Assembly: GCA_002706065.1 (NCBI GenBank) | Contig: PAJM01000036.1 | Coordinates: 1-63,374, forward strand | Origin: Methanobacteriota archaeon | GTDB taxonomy: Archaea; Thermoplasmatota; Poseidoniia; Poseidoniales; Poseidoniaceae | Direction: 5' to 3' | DNA: 63,374 bases | Shown here: positions 8,632 through 17,896 of the stretch, one piece after another | Layout of the letters: every line of letters starts with the position of its first letter | How positions within the stretch are numbered: position 1 is the stretch's first letter | Program-made: the position numbers and the translations under genes | Notes under the pieces: generated by a model | What the model was told of the DNA's origin: nothing | What the model saw: only the letters and a program-made list of their open reading frames with translations | The model's database searches: none

Positions 8632-10696
8632 TGTTGTCCTTTGAGGACTCATCTTGACGCTGTAAAATGTAGATGAACGTCAGAACGATCAACACAATGA
8701 CCGACCATTGGAGGACAAGACTGGAATATGTCGCAAGTTCAGTTCCACGATGAAGCACGTTCATGGTCACTTCTCCATCCTCTTCAACTTCGATGTAAGC
8801 AATCCCTCCTTCAAGAGCGAGTGGATTGACCTGATCGATGGTATCCGAGGTCAATTGTTCGGAATAATTTGTAGGAAGATGCAATTGATGGATTTCCCAG
8901 TCACCGTACTTATCATTGAAACTGAATGGATTGTAATGATCTTTTGCTTCCCAGACAACGTAATCGTATGCCAAAGAGATGTTGCCCACCGGATAAATCG
9001 GATCGAAACCGAGCCATTGGTCACCGGTCGTTCGGTCGTAGAGGACCATCCGGTCGAGAGCTGAAACATTCACTCGAGCAGCGATATGTTGAGAATTGAA
9101 GGAAACCTGAACTATGCTTGCATTGCCTTCATCAACGGGTTGCTCCCATTCTTCGAGAACGCGGTTCTGCTCCGGTGATGTCGATGCAGTCACAACGATG
9201 CTTTGCGAATCAAGTGCGCCTATGGTTCCAATGCGCAACGTAGAGGGTTGCTCCTTGGAGACCATGAGGATTTCAACCCCTGAAACCGACATCAACTCAA
9301 TTGTTTCACCATTCGGAAGGGTTGGAACAAGTACTGTTGCTCCTTCGGTATTAACTCCATACAGAACGTCATCGACAATGTAGAGGGCGATAAGTTCGCC
9401 TTGGAATGAAGTCAGTCGCAGCGATTGGATTCCAGTAACCTGTTGTTGAGAGATGATTTGATCCGGGTTCTCAACATCAAGAATGCGTAACTCTGAATCA
9501 TTTGCTAGCACAAGATAGTTCTCATACAACGCGAATGGAGAATTGAACTGCATCAATGGTTGAGCGACGGTACTGGGATCAAGTGAAGGTTCCGAGACGT
9601 CATGAATCAAAACGATGGCTTCACCGGATTGATTGTCCATCGTCGCCATCCAACCCTCTGATGCTACTGCACCCTGTGCGGATTGAACGCCTTCTGCGGG
9701 AAGTTCGTTGTGCGTTAAGTCCCATGTAATGACGGCTCCTGTGAGAATCAAAATAGCGACAATGAACGTTCCAGTTTCTTTGCTGGTTGGTTTCAACAGT
9801 TTAGCACCGTATGCTTTGAGACGATTGAACAGAAACGATGCGGAATGACGTGGACGCGTCAATACCGTCGCCAAGCGACTGTTGATGGTCCGTTCATCGA
9901 AAACTTTCCACACAGAATCGTTCGTTCGCTCCGTCAATCGTACCGTTAATGCGGCGACCATCATCCCTCCAATGATGTCGACAAACCAATGGATTCCGAG
10001 ATAAATAATGGCGAATGCTGTCAGTATAATGTAGCCCAAAGTCATGTTTTGGAATCGTCGCCAACGACCATCGTGATCGTATTTCCGGAACGTTAGCCAA
10101 ATGGCAAACGGAACGGCAATATGCAGTGAAGGCATGCAATTCGTAAACGCATCAATACGGCGGAACCAATCTTCGATTTCTGGATTCAAGGTGTAGGCAA
10201 TCGCGTCCATATCCTCGACATAAAACCCCGTTACTCGAACGTTAAAAAAGAGATAAAATGGAATAGCAAGGAGATAGACCCAAGCAATACTCAATGCGAT
10301 ACGGTCTGCCATCCATCGGTCATCAAAATAGGTCACATAGAAAATTGAGGCATAGGTAATGAACATGAATCCAGCAATGTAGAAATGTGTCATCAACACA
10401 TCGAGCCATTCTGCTCGAAATGTGTCTTGGAACCAGACAACCAAGTCGCCTTCAATCGCATAGATGTAAGGCGTCATGTCAATGCCCGTTCGAGCCATTA
10501 AGATTCGATCGATTTGATCGAGAAAATCCTTTGCGTTGTAAATCGAGAGTGCGATCAAAAGGTGGAGCCAATAGCGTCGAATGAAGTCAACGAATCCACT
10601 CAGTGTCAACTTGGCCCATGGTGGCTTGAAATACGGCATCAGGAAGACACCTACAGCCAATGCTGAGATGAGCCAAGTGAGATAGACTCCATCCAT
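8600..10696 (-). CDS. PAP2-superfamily (AUR1/IPC-synthase-like) membrane enzyme fused to a beta-rich extracellular domain with a C-terminal TM
   Basis: NCMPSLHIA and IYLGIHWFVDIIGG motifs in the 6-TM N-terminal part; ~330-aa beta-rich region; final TM LVLQWSVIVLIVLTFIYIL. Confidence 0.75.
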   Translation of the reverse strand: MDGVYLTWLISALAVGVFLMPYFKPPWAKLTLSGFVDFIRRYWLHLLIALSIYNAKDFLDQIDRILMARTGIDMTPYIYAIEGDLVVWFQDTFRAEWLDVLMTHFYIAGFMFITYASIFYVTYFDDRWMADRIALSIAWVYLLAIPFYLFFNVRVTGFYVEDMDAIAYTLNPEIEDWFRRIDAFTNCMPSLHIAVPFAIWLTFRKYDHDGRWRRFQNMTLGYIILTAFAIIYLGIHWFVDIIGGMMVAALTVRLTERTNDSVWKVFDERTINSRLATVLTRPRHSASFLFNRLKAYGAKLLKPTSKETGTFIVAILILTGAVITWDLTHNELPAEGVQSAQGAVASEGWMATMDNQSGEAIVLIHDVSEPSLDPSTVAQPLMQFNSPFALYENYLVLANDSELRILDVENPDQIISQQQVTGIQSLRLTSFQGELIALYIVDDVLYGVNTEGATVLVPTLPNGETIELMSVSGVEILMVSKEQPSTLRIGTIGALDSQSIVVTASTSPEQNRVLEEWEQPVDEGNASIVQVSFNSQHIAARVNVSALDRMVLYDRTTGDQWLGFDPIYPVGNISLAYDYVVWEAKDHYNPFSFNDKYGDWEIHQLHLPTNYSEQLTSDTIDQVNPLALEGGIAYIEVEEDGEVTMNVLHRGTELATYSSLVLQWSVIVLIVLTFIYILQRQDESSKDNIIHDSVLESE

Positions 10697-10773
10697 ATTG
10701 ATGTCTCCTAAGTCCTCGGTGGAGGCTTGTGCTCAAGAACCCTATACCTACTTTTCAACACGAGAGGCTCGAA

Positions 10774-11133
10774 TCACCATGCGCCGTGAACATAGGGGCG
10801 GCCATGGTCAGGGTCACGGCGATGAGCAAGGTCCCAGATTCGTTCAAATCGATATATGCCGCTGGAGCATCCGGTTTCCCATTCAAATGCAACAGCATAA
10901 TTTCCAACGGTGCGGACCGATGGCTTTTGTTTAGAATATGCTTCTACAGTTCGGCGAAGTTGCATGCTCGTGTCGTCTTCGTTACGAAGCGGTGCGCATT
11001 TCGCACATGGGCAGGCAAAGCGAAGATCATCGTACGTGACAAGGAATGTTGAACCGTCTTCATAGGTAAGTTCCATATCGATATCTCGACGTTCAAGCCG
11101 ACGCAATTCAAGAGGTTCTTCACTCATGTTCAA
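10774..11133 (-). CDS. DUF971 / GBBH-N-like domain protein
   Basis: LRFACPCAKC, VGNYAV, WETGCSSGIYRFE. Confidence 0.85.
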   Translation of the reverse strand: MNMSEEPLELRRLERRDIDMELTYEDGSTFLVTYDDLRFACPCAKCAPLRNEDDTSMQLRRTVEAYSKQKPSVRTVGNYAVAFEWETGCSSGIYRFERIWDLAHRRDPDHGRPYVHGAW

Positions 11134-11136
11134 TCC

Positions 11137-12153
11137 TCAGATGATTTCCAAATTGGAGGAACTCGCACCATCCAATTGCGATTGAATGGATGCAACGACA
11201 TGAGAAAAGGCGGATGCAGATGCTCCTTCTGGCTCAGAAACAATGCGGTGAACCCCATCGTCTCCACCCCGGACGAAACCAGGATCAAATGGAAGTGCTC
11301 CGAGGAAAGGGACTCCAAATTCTTCAGCCGTGGAGCGACCTCCGCCCTCCTTGAAAATGTCAAGGGTGACACTGAATCGACCTTGATCGTCACACGTTGT
11401 TCGAGCCGTTCGTCCGGCCGGTGCAGCGATTTCAATCTCAGAGCCAGGGGTTCCTTTCCCCTGAATCGTGTAACCACTCATGTTCTCAACCACGCCAAGA
11501 ACCGGAACTTTCAGCGAGGAGGCAAAAGAAATCGATTTCCGACTGTCAAGAAGAGCAACATCCTGAGGAGTGGTTACAATGACCATTCCATCGATATCTG
11601 GTAAGGATTGGGCAACCGTCAAAGGTTCGTCGGAGGTACCGGGTGGGAAATCGATGATGAGATAGTCAAGATTACCCCATTCAACGTCCCCAATGAATTG
11701 TTGAATCGCACCGAGTTTGATCGGACCGCGCCATACGACAGGTGTGTCTTCATCCTCTAGAAGAAATGCCATCGAAATGACCTTGACGCCCAAATGACCT
11801 TGAGCAGGATGAATCCTTCCTGCCTCAACGTGCAACTTTCTTCCATCGAGACCCATCATCTTTGGCACATTTGGTCCGGTAATATCAATGTCCAAAATAC
11901 CAACTTTGTGACCTTGTTGAGCAAGTGCAAGTGCGAGGCCTGTTGAAACGGTTGATTTGCCGACGCCGCCTTTTCCTGACAGAACCATAATCTTGTGTTT
12001 GATCTTCTTTCCGATTTCAGCCATTGCCATCTTTCGCCTCATTTGCGCGTAGGCTTGCTCCATTTGCTTTTGTGCACCAGCGTCGGGTGCTGCGGGTGCT
12101 TCCTCAGGAGCACCGTTTCCCGGGGTGTGCATCGAAACAGGTGAATCGGACAT
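11137..12153 (-). CDS. mrp: Mrp/NBP35/ApbC family P-loop ATPase (lacks the canonical CxxC)
   Basis: [50 protein letters not shown]. Confidence 0.92.
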   Translation of the reverse strand: MSDSPVSMHTPGNGAPEEAPAAPDAGAQKQMEQAYAQMRRKMAMAEIGKKIKHKIMVLSGKGGVGKSTVSTGLALALAQQGHKVGILDIDITGPNVPKMMGLDGRKLHVEAGRIHPAQGHLGVKVISMAFLLEDEDTPVVWRGPIKLGAIQQFIGDVEWGNLDYLIIDFPPGTSDEPLTVAQSLPDIDGMVIVTTPQDVALLDSRKSISFASSLKVPVLGVVENMSGYTIQGKGTPGSEIEIAAPAGRTARTTCDDQGRFSVTLDIFKEGGGRSTAEEFGVPFLGALPFDPGFVRGGDDGVHRIVSEPEGASASAFSHVVASIQSQLDGASSSNLEII

Positions 12154-12187
12154 ACAATACCCACATCTTCTGCCTACTTCAATGCGT

Positions 12188-12526
12188 TTATTTTTCCTTC
12201 ACAAAAACAAACCATCCACCGTGTGTGAGAGTTGTGAGCAGTAAAGCCCCTACACTTGCAACGATTTGGAACTCCATGCCCGTGTAGGCATAGGCAATCC
12301 CAACTGCTAACGGCAAGCTGACAACGTAGCCAATGGTTGTTGATTTTGACCCCGTCTTCTTCAATCTGTAATCGATTAACCAAAGCAACGCGCCGCAACA
12401 AAACGTCATCAACACCAAGACGATGGCAACACCCTGAAACAACAGATGCCAATCCTTTGCTGCGAAGACAATGTGCAAGACAAAGAGAAGAAGATATGCG
12501 CTCGAGAAAATGACCAACGACCGCAT
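12188..12526 (-). CDS. Small hypothetical membrane protein (about 4 TM)
   Basis: 112-aa hydrophobic ORF with ATG start filling the gap between mrp and the ArsC-like gene. Confidence 0.65.
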   Translation of the reverse strand: MRSLVIFSSAYLLLFVLHIVFAAKDWHLLFQGVAIVLVLMTFCCGALLWLIDYRLKKTGSKSTTIGYVVSLPLAVGIAYAYTGMEFQIVASVGALLLTTLTHGGWFVFVKEK

Positions 12527-12591
12527 TGGAGAATCCTTCCTATGCCTTCGAAGGAGTCAAGATTGATAAGATACATCACCGTCGAAATAGC

Positions 12592-12948
12592 ATGCGATTG
12601 CTTTTTGTTTGCGTTGGAAACTCGTGTCGATCTCAAATGGCTGAAGGAATTGCTCGTCATCTAGGCCATGAAGCAGCCAGTGCAGGCACGCATCCTGCGA
12701 CGCAAGTTTCTGCAAATGCGATCAAGGTTCTTGCCTCAAAGGGAATCTCAACCGCTGAACTGCGTCCAAAATCTGTTGATTTGTTCAGTGCTGATGCGTT
12801 CGATATGGTGATTTCGATGGGATGTGGTGTCTCTTGCCCAACCATGCAGATCGACCAAGATTGGGGGCTCGACGATCCAGTCGGGCAATCACTTTCTGTT
12901 TTCGAGGCGACTGCAAACGAAATTGAACGAAGATTGTCTGAGTTGTGA
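12592..12948 (+). CDS. Low-molecular-weight phosphatase / arsenate reductase ArsC family
   Basis: FVCVGNSCRSQMAEG (CX5R), SAGT, SMGCGVSCP, DWGLDDP. Start at MRLLF. Confidence 0.88.
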   Translation: MRLLFVCVGNSCRSQMAEGIARHLGHEAASAGTHPATQVSANAIKVLASKGISTAELRPKSVDLFSADAFDMVISMGCGVSCPTMQIDQDWGLDDPVGQSLSVFEATANEIERRLSEL

Positions 12949-13266
12949 TTATTCCTCTTCAGCCATCTCACCCTCGCCGAGCAATTCGATGTACATGCTG
13001 CTAACAGTTTTCGTCCGACCGTCAGCGTCCTCAAGTTCAACCGAATCGGTTTTGATGTCGACTATGGTGACCTTTTCTGGCAACATGGAGGCAATAATTC
13101 CGTGTCGTCTTCGACAGATTTCAGCGACATCCACTGCACGACCAATGGCTTGTCCTCTGGCTTGAAGGCGAACAAGTCGTTCTCCATCCTTCATTGCCAT
13201 CATTACAGCTTTCACATAGGAGAAAGAGGGTTTCTTGCCAACATAAACAACTCGAGCGTCAGTCAT
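12949..13266 (-). CDS. albA: Archaeal chromatin/RNA-binding protein Alba
   Basis: VYVGKKP..YV, LQARGQAIGRAVDVAEI, VSSMYIEL. Confidence 0.92.
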   Translation of the reverse strand: MTDARVVYVGKKPSFSYVKAVMMAMKDGERLVRLQARGQAIGRAVDVAEICRRRHGIIASMLPEKVTIVDIKTDSVELEDADGRTKTVSSMYIELLGEGEMAEEE

Positions 13267-13313
13267 AGTATGCCATTGTACAAGCAGTATGTAAAGGCTC
13301 TTTCAGTTGATTT

Positions 13314-13388
13314 TGGTGCGAGCGCCGGGACTCGAACCCGGGTTCAGGCGTTGGCAACGCCCGGTGATAACCACTACACTACGCTCGC
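13314..13388 (-). tRNA. tRNA-Gly(GCC), CCA encoded, no intron
   Basis: Reverse complement GCGAGCG TA GTGTAGTGGTTATCAC C GGGCG TT GCC AA CGCCT GAAC CCGGG TTCGAGT CCCGG CGCTCGC A CCA folds as a cloverleaf with anticodon GCC. Confidence 0.97.
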
Positions 13389-13445
13389 AGGTAGCAACCA
13401 ACCCACTGAGCGGGGGTATAAACGATTGTCGGCGCAATTCTGTGC

Positions 13446-16400
13446 TCACTGGAAACCAAATCGGTCATGCCCTTCTTTCGGTGGTTGACGTTGCCGTAAA
13501 TAGACGGCTACACCGGCGAAAAGAGCCGCGACACCAACGACGAGAGCAATCAATGTAAGGGGCAATTCATCTCCCTTCGCTCCAAGAGAGTCGTCATCAG
13601 CATCTGCAACAAAAACGACAAACGAGGTTGGAGATGTTGCATCACCATACGAATCAGATGCTTGGATGAAGATTTCGTGGGCACTGATCGGTGTTGACGT
13701 TCGGATGGAAGCAGTGGCTGTGTAGATGCCATCGTTCGCCTCTTTGTCCAACCCTTGCCCATTGTCGTACAAATTCACCCAACGCTCGGTTTGTCCAAGT
13801 GGCTTAAGCAGACCTAAATCAGCACGCACGAGAAGGATTCCGTCAGCATCCGCAACCTGAATTTCGATAGCTCGCTCCACATTGGAATCAGCTCGTCGCA
13901 ACGGTTCAGTGGTCGCAAGGGACAGCGTTGGGGGTGTATTTTGAACGGTTACGGCCAAATCGACATCGGTCGAACTCGGCTGGAAATGATGTTCAGAGGT
14001 TTGGGTCTTTGTCACGAGTATGCTTGCACCAAGTTCATCGGTCAATCGTACCTTCAAAAGACGAAGGCCTGGCGTCATCCCTTGTGGCATGGTGAGCTCA
14101 CAAATCCAAGCCTCGACTTTGAGGCAGGGTGTTTCCTCTCCACCGTATTCTCGGAGGTCGACAACAACCGATTCCACTCCATGGAAGTCAAGCACGTCCA
14201 ACGTCATCAACGCAGCACCTCCACGGACGACCGTGTCCGGCTCAATGGAGGCACTCAGAATCCGAGGTGCTTGGTTCTCGACCAGAATGGTCGTCGAATA
14301 GACGTCGGTTTCACCCCACTCATCCACAACATCCACGCTGATTGAACGTTCTCCAACCTCCATACCTTGAACAGAAACCAAAGTGGTCCATTGATTATCA
14401 CCAATGGTCTGATCCCCAACGAGGCCACGATCATTCAACGAAACGGTTCCGAGTCCGATCGATGAAAGATCGACAACAACGCTCACAACGTTCCAATCAG
14501 GGTCGTCAACGGTTGCAACCAAATGTGCGGGGGATGCTCCTTCTCCGAACACAAGACCCTCCATGAGCGAAAGATCGAGGACGACAGGTGGATTGTTGTC
14601 ATCAGCAGAAACGATGCTTGGTGAAAGGATAGCGTCGACGGCTTGAGATTCGTTAAGCAGAGCGATTTCTTCGTTTTCACCGAATTCGATTTCGAATGAG
14701 CGCGTTGTACTTGCAAGCAGGCCCGTCAATGGTCCTTTGTGGACGATTGAACCTTGAGCCGTTCCTGAAACGCCGTCACTGTAGACTCCAGTCCATTGAA
14801 TGACGCTGAGATTTTTCGCGTCACGTGGCTCGATGCTTTCCTGGCCAGCCGTGACGGTGAGAACGATCCCATCTTGAGCAAGAAGGCGCACAACGTCGCC
14901 AGTTTCCATTGGTACAGGTGCGAATCCTGCTTCCCGCCCAACCGAAATGTTTCCAAGCGCTTCCTCTACTTCTGGAGGTGCAGGGTCACGTTCGATCGGG
15001 CTGCGTTGCGGGCGCTCGTCTCCACTTGATGGATCTGGACCTGTTTCTGTCCAGACAAGTCGCACGGTTCGGTTGTCCCAGTCTGCGTTTGTCGCTTGGT
15101 AAATGTACGAATCGTTGTGGTATGAACCTACCCCGCTACCGCCAAAGAAATTGCTCCCACCTGCACCGGTCACGTTGAACCACGTTTCGCTGTGAATTAC
15201 ATTGACATCATGTTCGACAAGGGTGTGGTTGAGTTGAGTTCCTGTTTGCTCAATGGTTTGAACGACACCGAACGTCCCTTGAACGTCGCCAGAAAGCGTA
15301 CCATCAACATGGACGTCATCGATTAACGTGATTCCGTCCTCAACACGGTTGTGAAACGTATACACCGTTCCGTTGACCACCATCGAAGAATTTTCTTCCT
15401 CATCTTCGAATCCAAAGGTTCCGTCACCACGGATTACATTCAATTGGTCAACGCGTACACCATTCTCCCATCGTTCCAGTGTTTCGAATTGGTCGAGTTG
15501 GAGGTTAAATTCTGAGCCTTCATCGGCAAGGAGCATGTCTGCTGTTGCTTCAATTTGTATGTGTTCTAGGACACGTACTCCGTCATGGTCAATGGTCTCC
15601 AAGAGCAATAAGCTGATGTCACCGTCGACATCGAATTGTGCATCATCTTCCTCACCATCGACAAGCAATGCACCGAATGCTTCCAATCGAAGACGTTCTG
15701 TGACAACGTTGTCAATGTTTGAACGATTCAGCAGGGCATCGACCACTGTCGCATTGATGGTGGTCACCAATCCATCCTCCTCGAGCTGCAACAAAAGATC
15801 ACCACTACCACGTGCCTGAATGACTTGCGATGTCAAGACGCCAGAGGTAACGGTTTCATTCTTCCAAAAGGATTCGAAATCAAGGTTTAACTCGGTTGTT
15901 GAATCATTGGTAATCTCGGACGTAAGCAACGTTCCATTGCCCAATTCGTATGAATTGAGAACTTCACCGATTCGCTGTTGCCACCCGTTCCCCTCGAAAA
16001 GAAGCATGAACGATTGATTGCCTTCTGGAGTCTGATAGTTCTGTTCAAGGGACCACGCTGTTGTTGTTGTCACTTCATGATCGGCCATCGGCTGGTTCCA
16101 CGAGCCCACAGTAAAGGTTCGTTCGACAAGGATTGGAGATGGAAGAGGTGTTCCGTCATGCCCATTGATGGTTACTTCGATGGAGATGGTATCGTTCCAA
16201 CCAACCATCGTATCAAGAACGACGCGGGCTGTTAACGTCGGTGTGTTCTCGAGGAACGTCGTTTGTATGGTTGGATCCAAATCCAATGAATCTCGCAAAT
16301 GTTCTATGCTGATATCGTAATCATGAGTTGAAGAATCAGCAAACGTCAGGATATAGGCATGCTCGTTGCTCAGCGCAGAAGTACCGCTCCAATCGGTGGT

Positions 16401-16496
16401 GATGGAGACCGTCGGAGAATCCTGTGCAGAGGCGAAAGAGGACATCGGCGTCAGCAGGAGAAGGAACACAAGAGCAACACTTCGAGAACTTCCCAT
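13446..16496 (-). CDS. Large secreted, C-terminally anchored surface protein (~1016 aa) with Ig-like and choice-of-anchor-X-like motifs
   Basis: Signal peptide MGSSRSVALVFLLLLTPMSSFASA; acidic beta-rich body; LNDRGLVGDQTIGDNQWT and LYDNGQGLDKEANDGIYT; C-terminal TM followed by RQR. Confidence 0.8.
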   Translation of the reverse strand: MGSSRSVALVFLLLLTPMSSFASAQDSPTVSITTDWSGTSALSNEHAYILTFADSSTHDYDISIEHLRDSLDLDPTIQTTFLENTPTLTARVVLDTMVGWNDTISIEVTINGHDGTPLPSPILVERTFTVGSWNQPMADHEVTTTTAWSLEQNYQTPEGNQSFMLLFEGNGWQQRIGEVLNSYELGNGTLLTSEITNDSTTELNLDFESFWKNETVTSGVLTSQVIQARGSGDLLLQLEEDGLVTTINATVVDALLNRSNIDNVVTERLRLEAFGALLVDGEEDDAQFDVDGDISLLLLETIDHDGVRVLEHIQIEATADMLLADEGSEFNLQLDQFETLERWENGVRVDQLNVIRGDGTFGFEDEEENSSMVVNGTVYTFHNRVEDGITLIDDVHVDGTLSGDVQGTFGVVQTIEQTGTQLNHTLVEHDVNVIHSETWFNVTGAGGSNFFGGSGVGSYHNDSYIYQATNADWDNRTVRLVWTETGPDPSSGDERPQRSPIERDPAPPEVEEALGNISVGREAGFAPVPMETGDVVRLLAQDGIVLTVTAGQESIEPRDAKNLSVIQWTGVYSDGVSGTAQGSIVHKGPLTGLLASTTRSFEIEFGENEEIALLNESQAVDAILSPSIVSADDNNPPVVLDLSLMEGLVFGEGASPAHLVATVDDPDWNVVSVVVDLSSIGLGTVSLNDRGLVGDQTIGDNQWTTLVSVQGMEVGERSISVDVVDEWGETDVYSTTILVENQAPRILSASIEPDTVVRGGAALMTLDVLDFHGVESVVVDLREYGGEETPCLKVEAWICELTMPQGMTPGLRLLKVRLTDELGASILVTKTQTSEHHFQPSSTDVDLAVTVQNTPPTLSLATTEPLRRADSNVERAIEIQVADADGILLVRADLGLLKPLGQTERWVNLYDNGQGLDKEANDGIYTATASIRTSTPISAHEIFIQASDSYGDATSPTSFVVFVADADDDSLGAKGDELPLTLIALVVGVAALFAGVAVYLRQRQPPKEGHDRFGFQ

Positions 16497-16550
16497 ACCG
16501 GCCTCTTCACGCCGCTCCTCTCTAAGGGTGTTGGCGGATTGCTTCAACAA

Positions 16551-17507
16551 TCAAAGATTCAGAATGTAGGCAAAAAGAAGCGGTGCAACGATGGTCGCAT
16601 CGCTCTCAACAACAAACATCGGTGTTGATGCATCGATTTTGCCCCATGTGATTTTTTCGCTCGGAGGTGCGCCAGAGTAACCCCCATACGACGGTCGAGA
16701 CTCCGATATTTGTCCAAACCATGACCACAGTGGGACGTTTCGATCGAGATCTTGATTGAGCATGGGCACGACGCATATGGGGAAGTCGCCAGCGATTCCT
16801 CCTCCGATTTGGAGAAAAGCGAGGGGCTGTTCTTGACTCTCATACCATGTTGCAAGGTGCTTCATGTATTCAATTCCAGAGAGGACACAATCCGAGTCAA
16901 CCTTCCCTTCGATGGAGCGTGCTGCGAAGATGTTCCCCATCGTGGAATCTTCCCATCCAGGAACGAAAAGAGGGAGGCCCATTTGAGCTGCTGCGAGCAC
17001 CCACGAGGCGTCCATATCTCCCTCGCTTGAAGGCAACAACAATTCTTCTCGCAGCAGATCGTAGAAATAGAGATGGGGCAGTTGCCGTAGTTGACGTTCT
17101 GTAGCTGTCTCCCAAATTTGGACTAAATGGGTTTCAAGCGCTCGAATCGCTTCGTGTTCGGGGATGCAGACATCCGTTACACGGTTCATCTTCTTACCGA
17201 GCAGTTGTTCCTCATCGTCCAGCGACAACGCCCTCCAATTCTCAACAGTTACGTAATGAGGATACGCCATTAGACGGAAGATGTCTTCTTCCAGATTTGC
17301 CCCCGTACAACTTATGCCTGCAACGTACCCTTTTCGAATCAAAGGAGCGAGAAGTTTGCCAATACCTGCTGTACTCATTGCACCTGCAAGCGTGATGAAT
17401 AATTTCCCACCTGACTCAAGGTGACGAACGAGCGAAGATGACATTGCTGCCAATTCTCCAGCATTGAAGTGTTGAAAATTTGAATCGACCGTATTTCGTA
17501 TTCCCAT
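16551..17507 (-). CDS. Deoxyhypusine synthase family protein (bacterial-like clade; may act as homospermidine synthase)
   Basis: TLAGAMSTAG, SCTGANLEED, NRVTDVCIPE, PGWEDSTMGN, QIGGGIAGDFPICVVP, YSGAPPSEKITWGK. Confidence 0.9.
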   Translation of the reverse strand: MGIRNTVDSNFQHFNAGELAAMSSSLVRHLESGGKLFITLAGAMSTAGIGKLLAPLIRKGYVAGISCTGANLEEDIFRLMAYPHYVTVENWRALSLDDEEQLLGKKMNRVTDVCIPEHEAIRALETHLVQIWETATERQLRQLPHLYFYDLLREELLLPSSEGDMDASWVLAAAQMGLPLFVPGWEDSTMGNIFAARSIEGKVDSDCVLSGIEYMKHLATWYESQEQPLAFLQIGGGIAGDFPICVVPMLNQDLDRNVPLWSWFGQISESRPSYGGYSGAPPSEKITWGKIDASTPMFVVESDATIVAPLLFAYILNL

Positions 17508-17509
17508 GG

Positions 17510-17896
17510 TTACACCTCCGAAAAAAGAAATCGGTCAACGCTTTCTTCCTGCATCAAAACAAGGCCGGGGCATTGTTTGACAAGAGCATCTTTGATTTGA
17601 GTTACAATTGTTTGTGGATCTGTCGAGCCGCATGTAAACGTATCAATGGCCAACAGACCTCGGTCAAGGTAGCAATGTGCGCTAACATGGCTCTCATCGA
17701 TCAAGACCACTGCAGCGAAGCCGGGAGGAGAAACTGAACCATCGAAATTTTCGACATGGGCATGAACTTCACGTGCACCACTGTTCGAAACAGCCTCCTG
17801 CATGATTTGGAGCATTTGATTTCCATCAAACCCATCGTGTGGAAAGAATTCAGCATAATCAAGAAACACGTGCGTTCCACGGGCAGATGAAGACAT
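17510..17896 (-). CDS. Pyruvoyl-dependent AdoMet decarboxylase family proenzyme (SpeD/SpeH fold; substrate could be arginine or ornithine)
   Basis: GTHVFLD, VVLIDE/SHVSAH self-cleavage site, AIDTFTCG. Confidence 0.88.
   Translation of the reverse strand: MSSSARGTHVFLDYAEFFPHDGFDGNQMLQIMQEAVSNSGAREVHAHVENFDGSVSPPGFAAVVLIDESHVSAHCYLDRGLLAIDTFTCGSTDPQTIVTQIKDALVKQCPGLVLMQEESVDRFLFSEV

Noticed and set aside
13314-13388. tRNA-Gly as an integration site for an island
   Set aside because: No integrase and no duplicated tRNA 3' end seen; the 3' flank is the core gene alba.
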